NCBI GenBank assembly: GCA_051294375.1 | Contig: CM119265.1 | Location: 18,834,631 to 18,898,630, forward strand | Direction: 5' to 3' | Origin: Paraspadella gotoi | Taxonomy: Eukaryota > Animalia > Chaetognatha | DNA length: 64,000 nucleotides | Part shown: piece by piece, positions 18,796 through 35,106 of the stretch | Layout of the letters: each line of letters starts with the position of its first letter | Position numbering within the stretch: position 1 is the first letter of the stretch | The notes under the pieces: model-generated | Database searches by the model: none | Told to the model about the DNA's origin: nothing | Seen by the model: the letters and a program-made list of their open reading frames with translations, nothing else | Position numbers and translations under genes: made by a program

Positions 18796-21095
18796 ATGAG
18801 GGGTTCTAGGCGTCTCGATAACTTCCTGTTGATGGGCGTGGCAATCCTGACGTTGGTCTTCGTTCTCTTGGGCCGATCACTCGCACAGAACGAAATCACG
18901 CAGGTGGTTTTCTTGGTTTAAAGCATTTTTTTGCTCTTTAATTTGTTTTGTCGCTGTTTTAATTTATTTAACTCCCTCATTTAAAAGTATTTAAAAAATG
19001 TCAATTATCTTTTTTTTAAAAAATAAGTTCATTTGAATCCTTTCCGAATATTTTTTTCGGGTGTCGTTCCTGAAAATCTAATTATCAATGAACCTATCAA
19101 TGAGCCTTATGAACCTATTAAGTCTGAGAGAACAAATATACAAATAACGAGTATTGATTTTCAAATTTTTTTATTTTCATGTAGAAAGAGTTTGGCATAT
19201 GGCACATAATTAAACTTATGGTTTATACTTCTAACGTATCAAAAATAGGATGAAGGTTTTAAATGCGCGGACAACGATCAGTTTGACTGCCGATATTTGG
19301 CCGAGGATGGTTGGTGCAAGCTCAATCCTCAGTTCATGAACTGGAACTGTCCCGTCTCCTGCAATGCCTGCGTCCCTCGGGAAGAAGAGCTCGACAATCA
19401 GAGTAAGGAGGCGAGAGAAAGGGAGGAAAGGGATCGCACGAAAAAAAGTAGATATTAGTCTCCCTCGCTGGGCATTCCCGATCGAGGCGACCACCGAGTC
19501 ACTTTTAAAAGTCAAAAACCCCGCTCGATCTCTGAAGGTCAGACGGTGAGGGAATTCAGGGGGGGGGNNNNNNNNNNNNNNNNNNNNNNNNNNNNNNNNN
19601 NNNNNNNNNNNNNNNNNNNNNNNNNNNNNNNNNNNNNNNNNNNNNNNNNNNNNNNNNNNNNNNNNNNNNNNNNNNNNNNNNNNNNNNNNNNNNNNNNNNN
19701 NNNNNNNNNNNNNNNNNNNNNNNNNNNNNNNNNNNNNNNNNNNNNNNNNNNNNNNNNNNNNNNNNNNNCTGTCGCTGACCTCAACGGAAATTGGAATGGC
19801 GTGAAATGGCCGTGTAATTAAGATGGAACCGTAAGTAATACTTAGCTGTTCACTTATTTTTAAACCATTCTAAGATTCTAAGATTCTAAGATTTATTACA
19901 AATTAAGAATTCTATATTTACCCACACGTTTTTCCGCCCCTTTTTTTTTCCGATACTAATTCCCATTCCTCACTATCTTTTTTTAAAAAAAATTGAATCA
20001 AATATTTTTTCTTTGTCTTATCGCCTACCTCAATTTTTTTTTAATTTCTGTTTGCCTTCTGTCAAGTGCCCAAATTTAAGTGTTGAAAAGGTCATATGAT
20101 AACACGTTCAATAATTTTTTTTNNNNNNNNNNNNNNNNNNNNNNNNNNNNNNNNNNNNNNNNNNNNNNNNNNNNNNNNNNNNNNNNNNNNNNNNNNNNNN
20201 NNNNNNNNNNNNNNNNNNNNNNNNNNNNNNNNNNNNNNNNNNNNNNNNNNNNNNNNNNNNNNNNNNNNNNNNNNNNNNNNNNNNNNNNNNNNNNNNNNNN
20301 NNNNNNNNNNNNNNNNNNNNNNNNNNNNNNNNNNNNNNNNNNNNNNNNNNNNNNNNNNNNNNNNNNNNNNAAAATTTACACATCTAACGAATTGCACATT
20401 TCATAAAAAAAATATATTTTTTTTAATTAAAAAGACGCCCTCTTCCTTTGTTAGTAAAAAGCCGTCGACGGCGCCAATACCANNNNNNNNNNNNNNNNNN
20501 NNNNNNNNNNNNNNNNNNNNNNNNNNNNNNNNNNNNNNNNNNNNNNNNNNNNNNNNNNNNNNNNNNNNNNNNNNNNNNNNNNNNNNNNNNNNNNNNNNNN
20601 NNNNNNNNNNNNNNNNNNNNNNNNNNNNNNNNNNNNNNNNNNNNNNNNNNNNNNNNNNNNNNNNNNNNNNNNNNNNNNNNNNNNNNNNNNNNNNNNNNNN
20701 NNNNNNNNNNNNNNNNNNNNNNNNNNNNNNNNNNNNNNNNNNNNNNNNNNNNNNNNNNNNNNNNNNNNNNNNNNNNNNNNNNNNNNNNNNNNNNNNNNNN
20801 NNNNNNNNNNNNNNNNNNNNNNNNNNNNNNNNNNNNNNNNNNNNNNNNNNNNNNNNNNNNNNNNNNNNNNNNNNNNNNNNNNNNNNNNNNNNNNNNNNNN
20901 NNNNTCTCCTTTTTTGCGACTCCCTTTCCAGTTTTGTCCCGACGTCGTCGGCAAGGCGGGAATTGCCCCCCCGGTCCAACGGGCCCTCCAGGCCCCCGAG
21001 GCCCCCCTGGCCCACCGGGAGTCCCGGGAGTTGAAGGAGATGAAGGGCCCCCGGGGCCAGTGGGTGCTATCGGACCCCCTGGACCGCCTGCCTAA
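18796..21095 (+). CDS. Secreted ShK (ShKT) domain + furin site + short collagen protein, isoform A (~141 aa if no exon is hidden in the gaps)
   Basis: Exon 18796-18903 encodes a signal peptide ([31 protein letters not shown]). Exon 19249-19402 encodes [36 protein letters not shown] (6-Cys ShK spacing). Exon 20932-21095 encodes [13 protein letters not shown](GXY)13A*. Both junction sides are phase 1, but three N-gaps lie between exons 2 and 3. Confidence 0.75.
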
Positions 21096-21364
21096 AATCA
21101 GACGCAAAGGGTTTATAGGACGTTTAACCTGAAAACTGAAAATGATGTAAATATTTTGCCTCAACTCCTCATATTAAATTCACCTATTTATTCTCGGTAC
21201 TTACTTATATAATCGATTCATTATGGGTGTTCGAATTTTACTCCTGATTATTAATTATTATTTACCCTGGGAAATAAATACTATTCCAGAATTGTTAATC
21301 TAGTTAACAATTAGCATGTAATTTTCAGTTACTTAATTTTATTTATTTTCCATTTTTTCGACAG

Positions 21365-21528
21365 TTCTGTCCCGAAGACGAAGGAGCGCAGGAAGCTGCC
21401 CGCCGGGGCCCACCGGTCCCACCGGGCCTCGGGGTCCCCCAGGGCCCCCGGGGGTACCCGGAGCCCCCGGAGATGAGGGACCTCAGGGGCCCGTGGGATC
21501 GATAGGGCCCCCAGGACCACCTGCCTAA
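21365..21528 (+). CDS. Duplicated alternative terminal exon B encoding furin site + (Gly-X-Y)13
   Basis: Acceptor ttttttcgacag, phase 1, 164 nt like exon A. Encodes [53 protein letters not shown]. Confidence 0.8.
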
Positions 21529-22991
21529 GCATTAAAAAAAAAACCAAAAAAAGTAAACATGTTGTCCGCTCATTATTTGTTGTTGTTGGAATAATTTGAT
21601 TCATGTTATTGTTGATAATTTGCGTGACTGTGAAAGTAAAACAATCATTTCTATTGCACCGAAAAATAAAAAGCGAATAAATTTTACCCCCTTCTCGTTT
21701 TCAAACAAAAAAAATATCGATCCGAATATGAACTCTTCGAAGAAATGATGTATGGGCCCATTCGAAATGTAAGCCATGAGTTCGTGATTAATGAGCTCGA
21801 CCCAATTGGGAGAAGGGCGCAATTTACTTCGGGACTCATGAGTTCGTTATTAAGCCCATGAAGGTTGGGGGGGGGGAAGGGTAGGCTGTCGAGCGGACGA
21901 GGACTTAATTACAACCAGTCGTTCAATCAAGGTTATTAGTTAAAGCGATCGGGTTATCCTCCAGATTTTTTCAAATGGTTAATGTGTTGAGGTAGACTTG
22001 AAAATCAAATTCTCGTGAAAAGTCACGCCGCAAAACATAAAAAAAACTTCAAAGTGTTCGATAAAAAAAAAACTTCAGGACTTTTTAATCTTTCGGCGTG
22101 AGAGGCTTTTAAGTTCGACAAGATGCTTCCTCTTGAAGTTTAAAATGAGATTTAATTTTAAAAAGAGAAAAATAATAAGAATGAAAATCTTAAAAGTATT
22201 AATGAAATGTTTTCGTTCATTAGACTATGTTTTTTGTTTTTGTTTTTTTGTTTTTTTATTTTTTACTGAATAATATTAGAAATAAGCAACGACGCATTCG
22301 AATCCACAAGTGGTCCTTGTTTTCGCCGAATCGTCGATGTTGATCGACAAACAAACGAGGTTGAATTTAGAGATGAAGTCGAAAATATTCAGAGGTGGTC
22401 GTTGGTTCGTATCTGTCTATAACACTGGCTGCTACAGTGTTCACGTAGATTGATAAGAAGTATCTACGAACAAGTTAGGATAAAAAGTCTCTGTTGAGAG
22501 ATATGTCATGAAAAAGTATTTAATGTCCAAGGATTAAAATTTATAAATGGCAAGTATATTAGCAGTTGAGAGCTTTCGGTTCGTGGTAAAAGAAAGCGGA
22601 GAATGAAGACACATTGAATATGTATTTATTTTAAATTCCAGTGGTACATAGAAAATAAAAATTAGTTAAGGTTAAGCGAGTGTCAAGTTAATTTCACGCG
22701 AATGGATGTCTAGCAAATAAAAGAGCGGAGAGACGCTGTGCGACCAGACCGGCAAAGATCGCAAAAGATAGCGCATGTTATTTTGTTTTTTCCCTAAATC
22801 AAGTTGTAACTCCGTACTCTCTGTGATATCAAAAGATGTTGATAGAAACAAATGAGATTTGCGGAAACCTGTTAATGATTTTCGAGTCATTTGTTTTTTC
22901 GCGATTTTGCAATTCGTTGCTCGACCTCCAAACGACACAAGACGAAAATCATCCCGCGGCAGATGTTCGCCAACATGCCGTCAATCCGGAC

Positions 22992-26633
<3,642 letters not shown>

Positions 26634-26988
26634 TTGTTTGTCAACCAGATTTCGAAAGACTCTAAGACTTAGAGTCTAAGTTAGATTAAGTAAAAGTCAA
26701 ACTGATCACGACAAAAGATCAAAGCATCTATCAACTCTCCATTTCTAGTCTGTAGATGGCAATGTATTCTTCAATTTTCNNNNNNNNNNNNNNNNAAAAA
26801 TAGATTTTAGATAATGAATCGCATATTGTTGATTATATTTGTTTACAAATCAGTGAACGTCCATACAGAAAATTTCTTGCAATAAAAACAGAAATGAAAT
26901 TTATCTGCAATCGTATTGATTGCACTTTCGTCGGTTTTGTTCGTTATAAACCTCGAACTCTGTCAACCACAATCGAAAACCACAACCT

Positions 26989-29835
26989 TCACGCGCAAGC
27001 GATCCAAGTGACGCCCACTTCGTACAGATGATTGTTTCCCTCGTTTTTGCCTCCGTCGATGACGACGATAAAGGAGCCTCTGTCGGCGTTGACCACGCCC
27101 ACCTGGATCACCACGTTGTCGACGACCCTGCTGAAGCCGCTTTTCTCGTCGGTGAGGGTGTCGATCTTGCTCAGCGCCACAGCAACGCTGGGAACTGGAA
27201 GAGATTGGAGGAAGAAGTTGACGTTAAATTTTCTTTCGATAATCACGATGTAATTGTGAAAGATTCGTCCGAGAAGATCGATTGTATTTCACTCTTCGGC
27301 TTCTTCGCGTTTCCCTTAGCAAACCATTCATATTTACCTCGATGGAAGGGCTTGGAGAAAGTCACTGAGGTCGTATAAGGCCAACAGCTTTCCTGGTCGT
27401 GTGCACAAAATGGCGGATTCACGGAACCGAGGAGACAATTGGTTTTGGTCGAGGCAATCTCCGTCAGGTTGAACTCCAAATCGTTGGCTCTTTGTCGAAT
27501 TCTGACCCAAAAAGTAAAAATCGCTAGAAATTAGGAGTACATACGTATATAAACTCGTTGATCGAGAACAAAATAAGACAAAATGATTGAGTAAACGAGT
27601 AAGAGTTACACGAAAAAAAAGTTTTCAAAGTCTTCTAGTTCTACTCTCGAACGCGAGACCTTTCCGTGACTCACTTGCGAATGTCCTCAGCGACTCCGTT
27701 AAATTGACGATTGTGTCGAGCATCGATTTCCGTTTTAGCTCGAAGTTCGGATGTCAATCTCGTCGTCAGATCCGAGACAACGGATTCCATCTTCCGCTCT
27801 CCTTCCTCGATGCTGCCGGAAAAAAGAAACTTGGATACAAACGGATTCGTTCGTCCCGGAATCGATTCCATTTACCGGCTGACGACCGACAAAACGTCAA
27901 GTCCTTCGTTTTCCTCCACCGAAAAATCCGTCAAGTTCTTCACGACGTCGGTCAGAGTGAAGACTTCTTCAGAAATACGCGTTACGTTGTTACGTAATCT
28001 AAATATATAGGAATTATTAGTTAAATACACTGCGGGGCAAAAAAAATAGCTACTTGTTTCACACCAAGAAAAACTATATTGGATGGCTGAATTTTACAAA
28101 GATATAGAAATATAAAACAAAGCTTATTGAAAGTCGAAGCGATTGGTCCTATTAAAATCTAGCAAAGCGTTCGAAAGTTATAGATCTGACAAGAAGAATT
28201 AAATTTAGTCAAGAAAAATTATAGATCTGACAAGAAGAATTAAATTTAGTCAAGAAAAGTTTATAACTTTTCCTTTTTACAAATATTAATAATATTAAAT
28301 TGGCTGAAAAAATTCAGCATCAAATATCTGTAGGGATAGGTATTAACAATTTTTAATAAATCAAATTAAAATAAATAGGGAAACTATATTGAAAAACAAT
28401 CTTTTAAAAATAAAAAAAAAATAGTTGAATGATAACTTAATGTTATTTTCAAAGCTTTTTCACATCTAAGTTTTTTATGGCATCTAATGTTAAAGCATCT
28501 CATGTTAAACTCTGACAATTATATTAGAACTAAATCTTTTTATTTTTTCATAAAATTATTTTTTTTATTATTTTTATTAAATGCTTATTTGGCTATAATT
28601 TAAAAAATATTTTATAGAAAAGTATAGCAATTTTATTGCCAACCCTTTTTTTTTCTCCATATTATAAAAGAAAGAAGTGTCATCAATTCTAACCTTTGGA
28701 AATAATTTTTTCCAATTCCGTTTTGAGATTCCGACTTTAAAGACTTGTTATGTATATTCTACTGCCTGAACCAATTCAAATTTTTCTTGCACCAATCGAT
28801 AGCTCTTTAAAAGAGCTATACTTTTCATGATATTTTTTTAAAATTAAAAAAGAAATAGTATTGTATTTAAAACTAACTAGTGGCTACTTTTTTTTTTGCG
28901 TCGCTGTGTATTGTCTTTTAACTTGAATTTTTATCTTTCAATTTAATTTTAGGGATTGTCTATATTGAATTTTAAAATTTAAACTGTTTTTCCTCTAACC
29001 CATCGTCGATCGAAAATAGATTTTTCCTCTCGTTCCATTTTATCTTCAACTCGGCGACTTCCGCCCTCAACTCTCCCGCCAGCGAATTCAGTTGCGCCTT
29101 CGTCTCCTCCGCCGTCGTCGCCGCCGCGTCCGCGGTCTCCTTCGTCGACGCCAACGTCGCTGCAATTTCATTCGCCACAGCCTCCCGCAGCTGGTTTGGC
29201 GTTTGGCGCTGCTGCTCGACTAAAGCCTCCAAACTAGTCGTCCGCGACTCCAACTTGCTCGTCGTTGAAGTCAACTGCGCCGTCGTTGAAGACTCAAGCG
29301 ACTTGAGACGGAGGAGGAGCGAAGTTTGATTGAAGGAATCGAATCGCGATTCTGTGGCGAGAAACAAAAGAACAGTCTACATTAAAAAAATAACTAAAAA
29401 GGTAAAAATGAATCTTTTAATTACCGATTTCTCGTATCGCCAGCTTCATCTGCGTATCGTCTTCTTCAATATGTTTTAGTTTGTTTTCCAACGAGTTTAA
29501 TCTTTGAATCAAATATACAACGGTTCGGTCAAGCGTATTGTGTCTGTGAAAAAAAAATGTGAATAGATTCGAGTTAGTGAAAGGAACAATTTTATATCAT
29601 ATTTGATTATCAAGTTCTTTTCTTCTTTTCTTCACCTGACCCTGGGGAGTTTCTCTCGGTCCTTTTCGTTTAACCCTGTCGCTACTTCGGTGATGTCAGT
29701 CTCGTTAGGACGATAATCGCGATCACTCACGTCTCTCTCACTGATTCTTTGAAGTAGTGGCTGAGCTGATCAATAACAGTCACTTCAATGAGGCAAAACA
29801 AATATCATAGGGTGATAAGCTGTGACCAATGTCAT
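26989..29835 (-). CDS. Coiled-coil protein with C-terminal H-type lectin domain, probably secreted
   Basis: Exons ~29835-29636 (indel-damaged), 29543-29425, 29351-29000, 27998-27876, 27812-27675, 27501-27338 and 27194-26989 are phase-consistent. Heptad-like helical middle. C-terminus SVTFSKPFHRVPSVAVALSKID...LYEVGVTWIACA fits the H-type lectin (HPA/discoidin-C) pattern. Confidence 0.78.
28028..28908. mobile_element. Non-autonomous Tc1/mariner-like element (~880 bp) in the lectin gene intron
   Basis: Left end TA|CACTGCGGGGCAAAAAAAATAGCTAC; right end (reverse complement) TA|CACAGCGACGCAAAAAAAAAAAGTAGCCAC. AT-rich non-coding interior. Confidence 0.65.
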
Positions 29836-32800
29836 TGGTGGACAATAAGGCGTAGTGAAAGTTACATACGGAAATTCTAAAAGTTAATTATGAACAACAT
29901 ACCATCAGTGAACATTAATTTGTAAAAAAAATTAATTTTATGTTTTTTAATTTTCGCAGTAGGCTATATTTATATAATATCCTTATATTTATATTTATAT
30001 TATATCCTTATAAAATCGAAAAATTTTAAAATAGGCTTTTCAAAGAGAGAGATCCGCCGACCGACAACGACCAACCGACCCGAGTACGCACACTCTCGAC
30101 TCGCGCGCGCCGGACTCCGATCGACACGACCGACCGACTAATACACAAACGCAAACAAAAGGATATCGTCACACAATCAACCTCTCCAACACCTCACTAG
30201 GCAAACGCGGAAGAATCGCACGCGCACCGGCACATCGACGCTCCACTTCTCGCGAACACGCGCTGCACACAACTCGACCCAACACTGAGCGCGAAAAACT
30301 GTCAAGATACAGCTTAACACCCGACACAAAGAGTTAGAAAAGAAAAAAAAATTAAAAAATACAGAAATAAAAAATAAAGAAATGAAGAGATAGAAAAAAA
30401 GAAAAGAAATAAACATCGTTTACAAAAGAAAAATGACAGAATTAGTCAAAATAAAAGCAAAACCACGAACAAACAGCACTACCTCCACACCCTTCTCTAA
30501 CAGTCACCAGCAACTCACTCGAAAAACACATAAACTAATACAGCCAAAAAATCATAGAAGAGAATCACATTTGTGGGGCGGATTTACTCTTTATTTTCTG
30601 GGAAATTAAACCATTGAGGATTGACCGAGAGGACCAAAGTTTAAACATTTTTACAATTTTCGTTTTTCAATCTATAAAAAAGTACGTTCTACGTGAATCA
30701 GTAATCTAGCTAATTCTTTGTTTTCAGAACCAGAACAATCGCATCCTTGATTAATTAAATTGAGTTACGAATACACATAACACAAAAAGTAATTTGCAAA
30801 ATTTTCAATATATCTTTTTTTCGATATGTCGTAAACTTGAACTCTATATCTTTAAAATACTCAATGAACGGACAATGAAGCATCTAAATATATACAAATT
30901 TGTTTCTTTTTCACAACCTGAAATAAATTTCGCTAAAATATCTATACATTTCGTATTTTTTTTGGAATTTACGTTGTGAACCCAACGTTTATAAACAAAT
31001 CTGGTGAGCCAAGTACGTATTTTACCAAATTGTTTATCCTAGGTCATATACTTAAAGATTTGACAAAAGAAATAGTTTGATAATATTTTTATTTATTAAT
31101 ATAGAAATAAAAAAACGAAAATTTTCCGTGGAACACACAATAAAGTTTTTATTAACTGTACAGTTTCGGCTCGACAACTTCATTAGCCTTCATTCACATT
31201 GTGAAATCACAAATAAATTATTCAAACTAACATGTAGAGTAGAGAGATGAGAGAAGAGATGAGAGAGAGAAGATATGAAGGAAAGAAGGAAAGAGAATGA
31301 AGAGGATGGAAGAAAAAGTAAGGAGATGGAAAAAAAGTAGTTTAAAAAAAATCCCAGACATAAGGAAAATTTTTAGTTTTAAAAAAAAGGAAAAAGTTTT
31401 GGTTTTCATATATATAATAATTTTGGGCGAGGGGGATCAAGTGGAAGATGAGGTACTAGGGAATGAAAAGGAGAGTGAAGTTTGAAATTGGTGAAAGGGA
31501 GAGAGATAGTGGAGAGAGAGACACAGAATGAGAGAATATAATAGTATATCATAATTTCGTTTTAAATTAAGTTCTCATAACAACACAAAAAAAAATTTGA
31601 ATTATATACTATTTATTATAGCTTGGATTAAAAAAAAGATAAAAAGAGTTTCAAATTAGATAGAGGTTTTTTAAGTATTTAACTAATGGCTTTTTCTTTA
31701 AAAAAATGTTGAATTTTATATCCTCCAAAGGAAGCTCTACCTAAAATCTTGAGCCTCCTGTCACTTGACACCGACGCTGCAGGGATGCGGGCGATCCCAT
31801 GTCCTTCACAAACCGATCCTTGCGAGATGCTTGGGAACCTCGACCGCCAACTCGAGGTCGGAGACTTTTCCTCAATCGAGAAAACACTATTGATGTCTGC
31901 AAGAGAGCCAGCTGCGCAGCTCCGTAATCCCGTCTCTCCCATGTAATGGATAAATGAATTGGTTTGGGAGAGTTTGATACAAACCTTATATGTGTTTGTA
32001 GATAATAATCTCTATACTTCCCAACTAGGGCCGCAACCGCAAGCGTATCTTCGCAGTAGGTGCGGTGGCATAGTTGTCCTCGAGCGTTGTCGCCGCCGCA
32101 GTCACTTTGGTTCGTTCAGAAGCCGACACAATTTCTTTTACCGCAGAAAGTGAGTCAAATGTTGTCCACTAAGGCGTAGTAAAATTTCTAAATTAACTTT
32201 AATTAAAATTCTAAAAGTAAGGAAACGAACAATATATATACTAATGATATTTTATGTAATAAAAATTTTTAATAAATTTTATATAATATTGTAACTAGTA
32301 CTAAACATATAAATGTTAAAATTTCAAAAACAGTTTTTTTCTAAGATTTTTTTGGCAGATTTGGATTTCGTCATAAAAAGTTGAATAAAAGAAATTTATA
32401 GCTCTTTTTAAAATCCTTCATTAAGTTGGTCAAAATTAGAAAAAGCTATATTATAAGCTAGAAATTAACTTTTTTTATATATTAAATATATGTTTTTTAA
32501 TTTTTAACCGCATTATAAAGAGAATTTTTAAAAATAATTTATATTTTTCTTTTATCAACTTTTGACGAAGAATTCAAATCTGCAATCAAATAAAGAAAAN
32601 NNNNNNNNNNNNNNNNNNNNNNNNCTTTATGAATCTGTAATCTAGTAAATTCTTTACTGTCGCTTTATTAAATTAAATATGAGTTACGAAATACCTCTTT
32701 CCCAAATATATAGTGGATAACAAGTTAATTTGGCAAATTTTCATATCTAATACTTTTTTCGATGATGTGGCATAAACGTTTGAACTCTATTCTTTTCAAA

Positions 32801-33257
32801 AGTCTGGCGTTTACAATGAAACATCTTAAACCCCAGGTCCCGGACATTTTACTGACTTTCCCTAGTTCAATTTTCTACTTTTTCACCAATAAATTTCGCT
32901 AAAATAAATTTCAACCAAATGTCCGACCGTCAATTTTTTATTTTTTGCGAATTTACGTGTACTCCAATGTGTAAAAATTTCTGTGAGCGCCTAGTACGTA
33001 TTTTACAATTGTTTTTATTCAAAAATGTGTCATAGTTAGCGTTAAAGAATTAGACAAAAAGAAATAGTTTTGATAACTATTTTTCATTTTTAAAATATAA
33101 ATTTATTTAATTATATTATTAATTTTTATAGCTGGATATAAAAAAAAGATTAAAATGTGTTCTAAATTAGATAGAGGTTTTTATAAGATTTTAATCTAAT
33201 ATGTTTCGTTTTCTAAAACAATGTAGAATTTTTATTCCTCCAAAGGAAGCATCTACC

Positions 33258-33650
33258 TAAAATCGTTCGCGTCACTGACACCGACGCTGCAGGGATGCAG
33301 GGCGATCCCATGTCCTTCAACAAACCGATCTTTGCGAGATGCTTTGGAACCTCGACCGCCAACTCGAGGTCGGAGACTTTTCCTCAATCGACGAAACCAT
33401 TGATGTCTGCAGGAAGCAGCCGCTCGGCAGCTCCGTAGATCCCGTCTCTCCTATGTGGACTGGATAAATGAATTGGTTTGGGAGAGTTGATACAAACCTT
33501 TATATGTGTTTGTAGTAAGTATATTTCTCGTACTTTCCCAACTAGGCCGCAACCGCAAGCGTATCTTCGCAGTAGGTGCGGTGGCATAGTTGTCCTCGAG
33601 CGTTGTCGCCGCCGCAGTCACTTTGGTTCGTTCAGAAGCCGACACAATCT
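33258..33650 (-). other. Two exon-like GC-rich blocks of an unidentified gene, divergent from the lectin gene (other copies ~31740-32130 - and ~38190-38612 +)
   Basis: GC-rich islands with donor-like sites (GGAAA|gtacga, TTTTAG|gtagat) and acceptor tttatccag. The frame cannot be resolved because the copies disagree by indels. Confidence 0.3.
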
Positions 33651-34269
33651 TTTACCGCAGAAAGTGAGTCAAATGTTGTCCACTAAGGCGTAGTTAAATT
33701 TCTAAATTAACTTTAATTAAAATTCTAAAAGTAAAACGAACAATATATATACTAATGAATATTTATGTAATAAAAATTTTTAATAAATTTTAATAACAAT
33801 TGTAACTAGTACTAAACACATAAAATGTTAAAATTTCAAAAACAGTTTTTTTCTAAGATTTTTTTGGCAGATTTGGATTCGTCATAAAAAGTTGAATAAA
33901 AGAAAATATAATATAAAAATCCTTGCATTAAGTTGGTCAAAAAATTAGAAAAAGCTATATTATAAGCTAGAAATTAATTTTTATAATATTAAATATAGTT
34001 TTTTTAATTTTTACGCTTTTATGAAAGAATTTTTAAAATATTTATATTTTCTTTATCAACTTTGTTGACGAAGAATTCAAATCTGCAATCAAATAAAGAA
34101 AGCCTATTTTGAAATTTTTTCGATTTTATAAGGATATACATAATATATAAATATAGCCTACTGAATGTGTAAATTATAAACCATAAAATTAATTTTCTTT
34201 TAAATAATGTTCAGATGGTATGTGTTGTTTATTAACTCTTTAGATTCGTGTAATTGTCACTCGCTATCC

Positions 34270-35106
34270 AGACATGTGCTATTGCTACCTTATGATAATT
34301 GTTTTGTGGCCTCATTGGTATGAGTGACTGTTATTGATAGCTCAGCCACTACTTCAAAGAATGAGGACGTGAGTGACGTGATGTTGTCGCGTATTGTGGG
34401 TAGTATGAGCATCACCGAAGGTAGCGAGACAGGGTTAAACGAAAAGGACCGAGAGAAACTCCCCAGGGTTTAGGTGAAGAAAAGAAGAAAGAACTTGATA
34501 ATCAAATATGATATAAAATTGTTCCTTTCACTAACTCGAATATATTCACATTTTTTTTCAACAGACACAATACGCTTAACCGAACGTTGTATATTTGATT
34601 CAAAGATTTAAACTCGTTGGAAAACAAACTAAAACATATTGAAGAAGACGATACGCAGATGAAGCTGGCGATACGAGAAATCGGTATATAAAAGATTCAT
34701 TTTTACCTTTTTAGGTATTTTTTTAATGTAGACTGTTCTTTGTTTCTCGCCACAGAATCGCGCTTCGATTCCTTCAATCAAACTTCGCTCCTCCTCCGTC
34801 TCAGTCGCTTGAGTCTCATAACGACGGCCGCAGTTGACTTCAACGACGAGCAAGTTGGAGTCGCGGGACGACTAGTTTGGAGGCTTTAGTCGAGCAGCAC
34901 GCCAAACGCCAAACACAGCTGCGGGAGGCTGTGGCGAATGAAATTGCAGCGACGTTGGCGTCGACGAAGGAGTCGGCGGACGCGCGGCGACGACGGCGGA
35001 GAGACGAAGGCAACTGAATTCGCTGGCTGGAGAGTTGAGGGCGGAAGTCGCCGAGTTGAAGATAAAATGGAAACGAGAGGAAAAATCTATTTTCGATCGA
35101 CGATGG
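34270..35106 (+). pseudogene. Frameshifted inverted copy of the 5' exons of the coiled-coil/lectin gene
   Basis: Reverse complement of ~29000-29835 with many indels; no lectin exons follow. May be read error rather than a true pseudogene. Confidence 0.45.

Noticed and set aside
19769-19836. Exon-like fragment [16 protein letters not shown] followed by gtaagt
   Set aside because: Its 5' end lies in a gap and all three forward frames hit a stop, so it cannot be assigned. It remains a caveat for the ShK-collagen link.
20080-21164. Long X-containing ORFs (also at 44, 48-50 and 53 kb)
   Set aside because: Artefacts of translating N-gaps.
28180-28258. Two 39-bp direct repeats, superficially CRISPR-like
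   Set aside because: Only two adjacent copies with no spacer, absent from the sister copy near 35815, and the context is eukaryotic.
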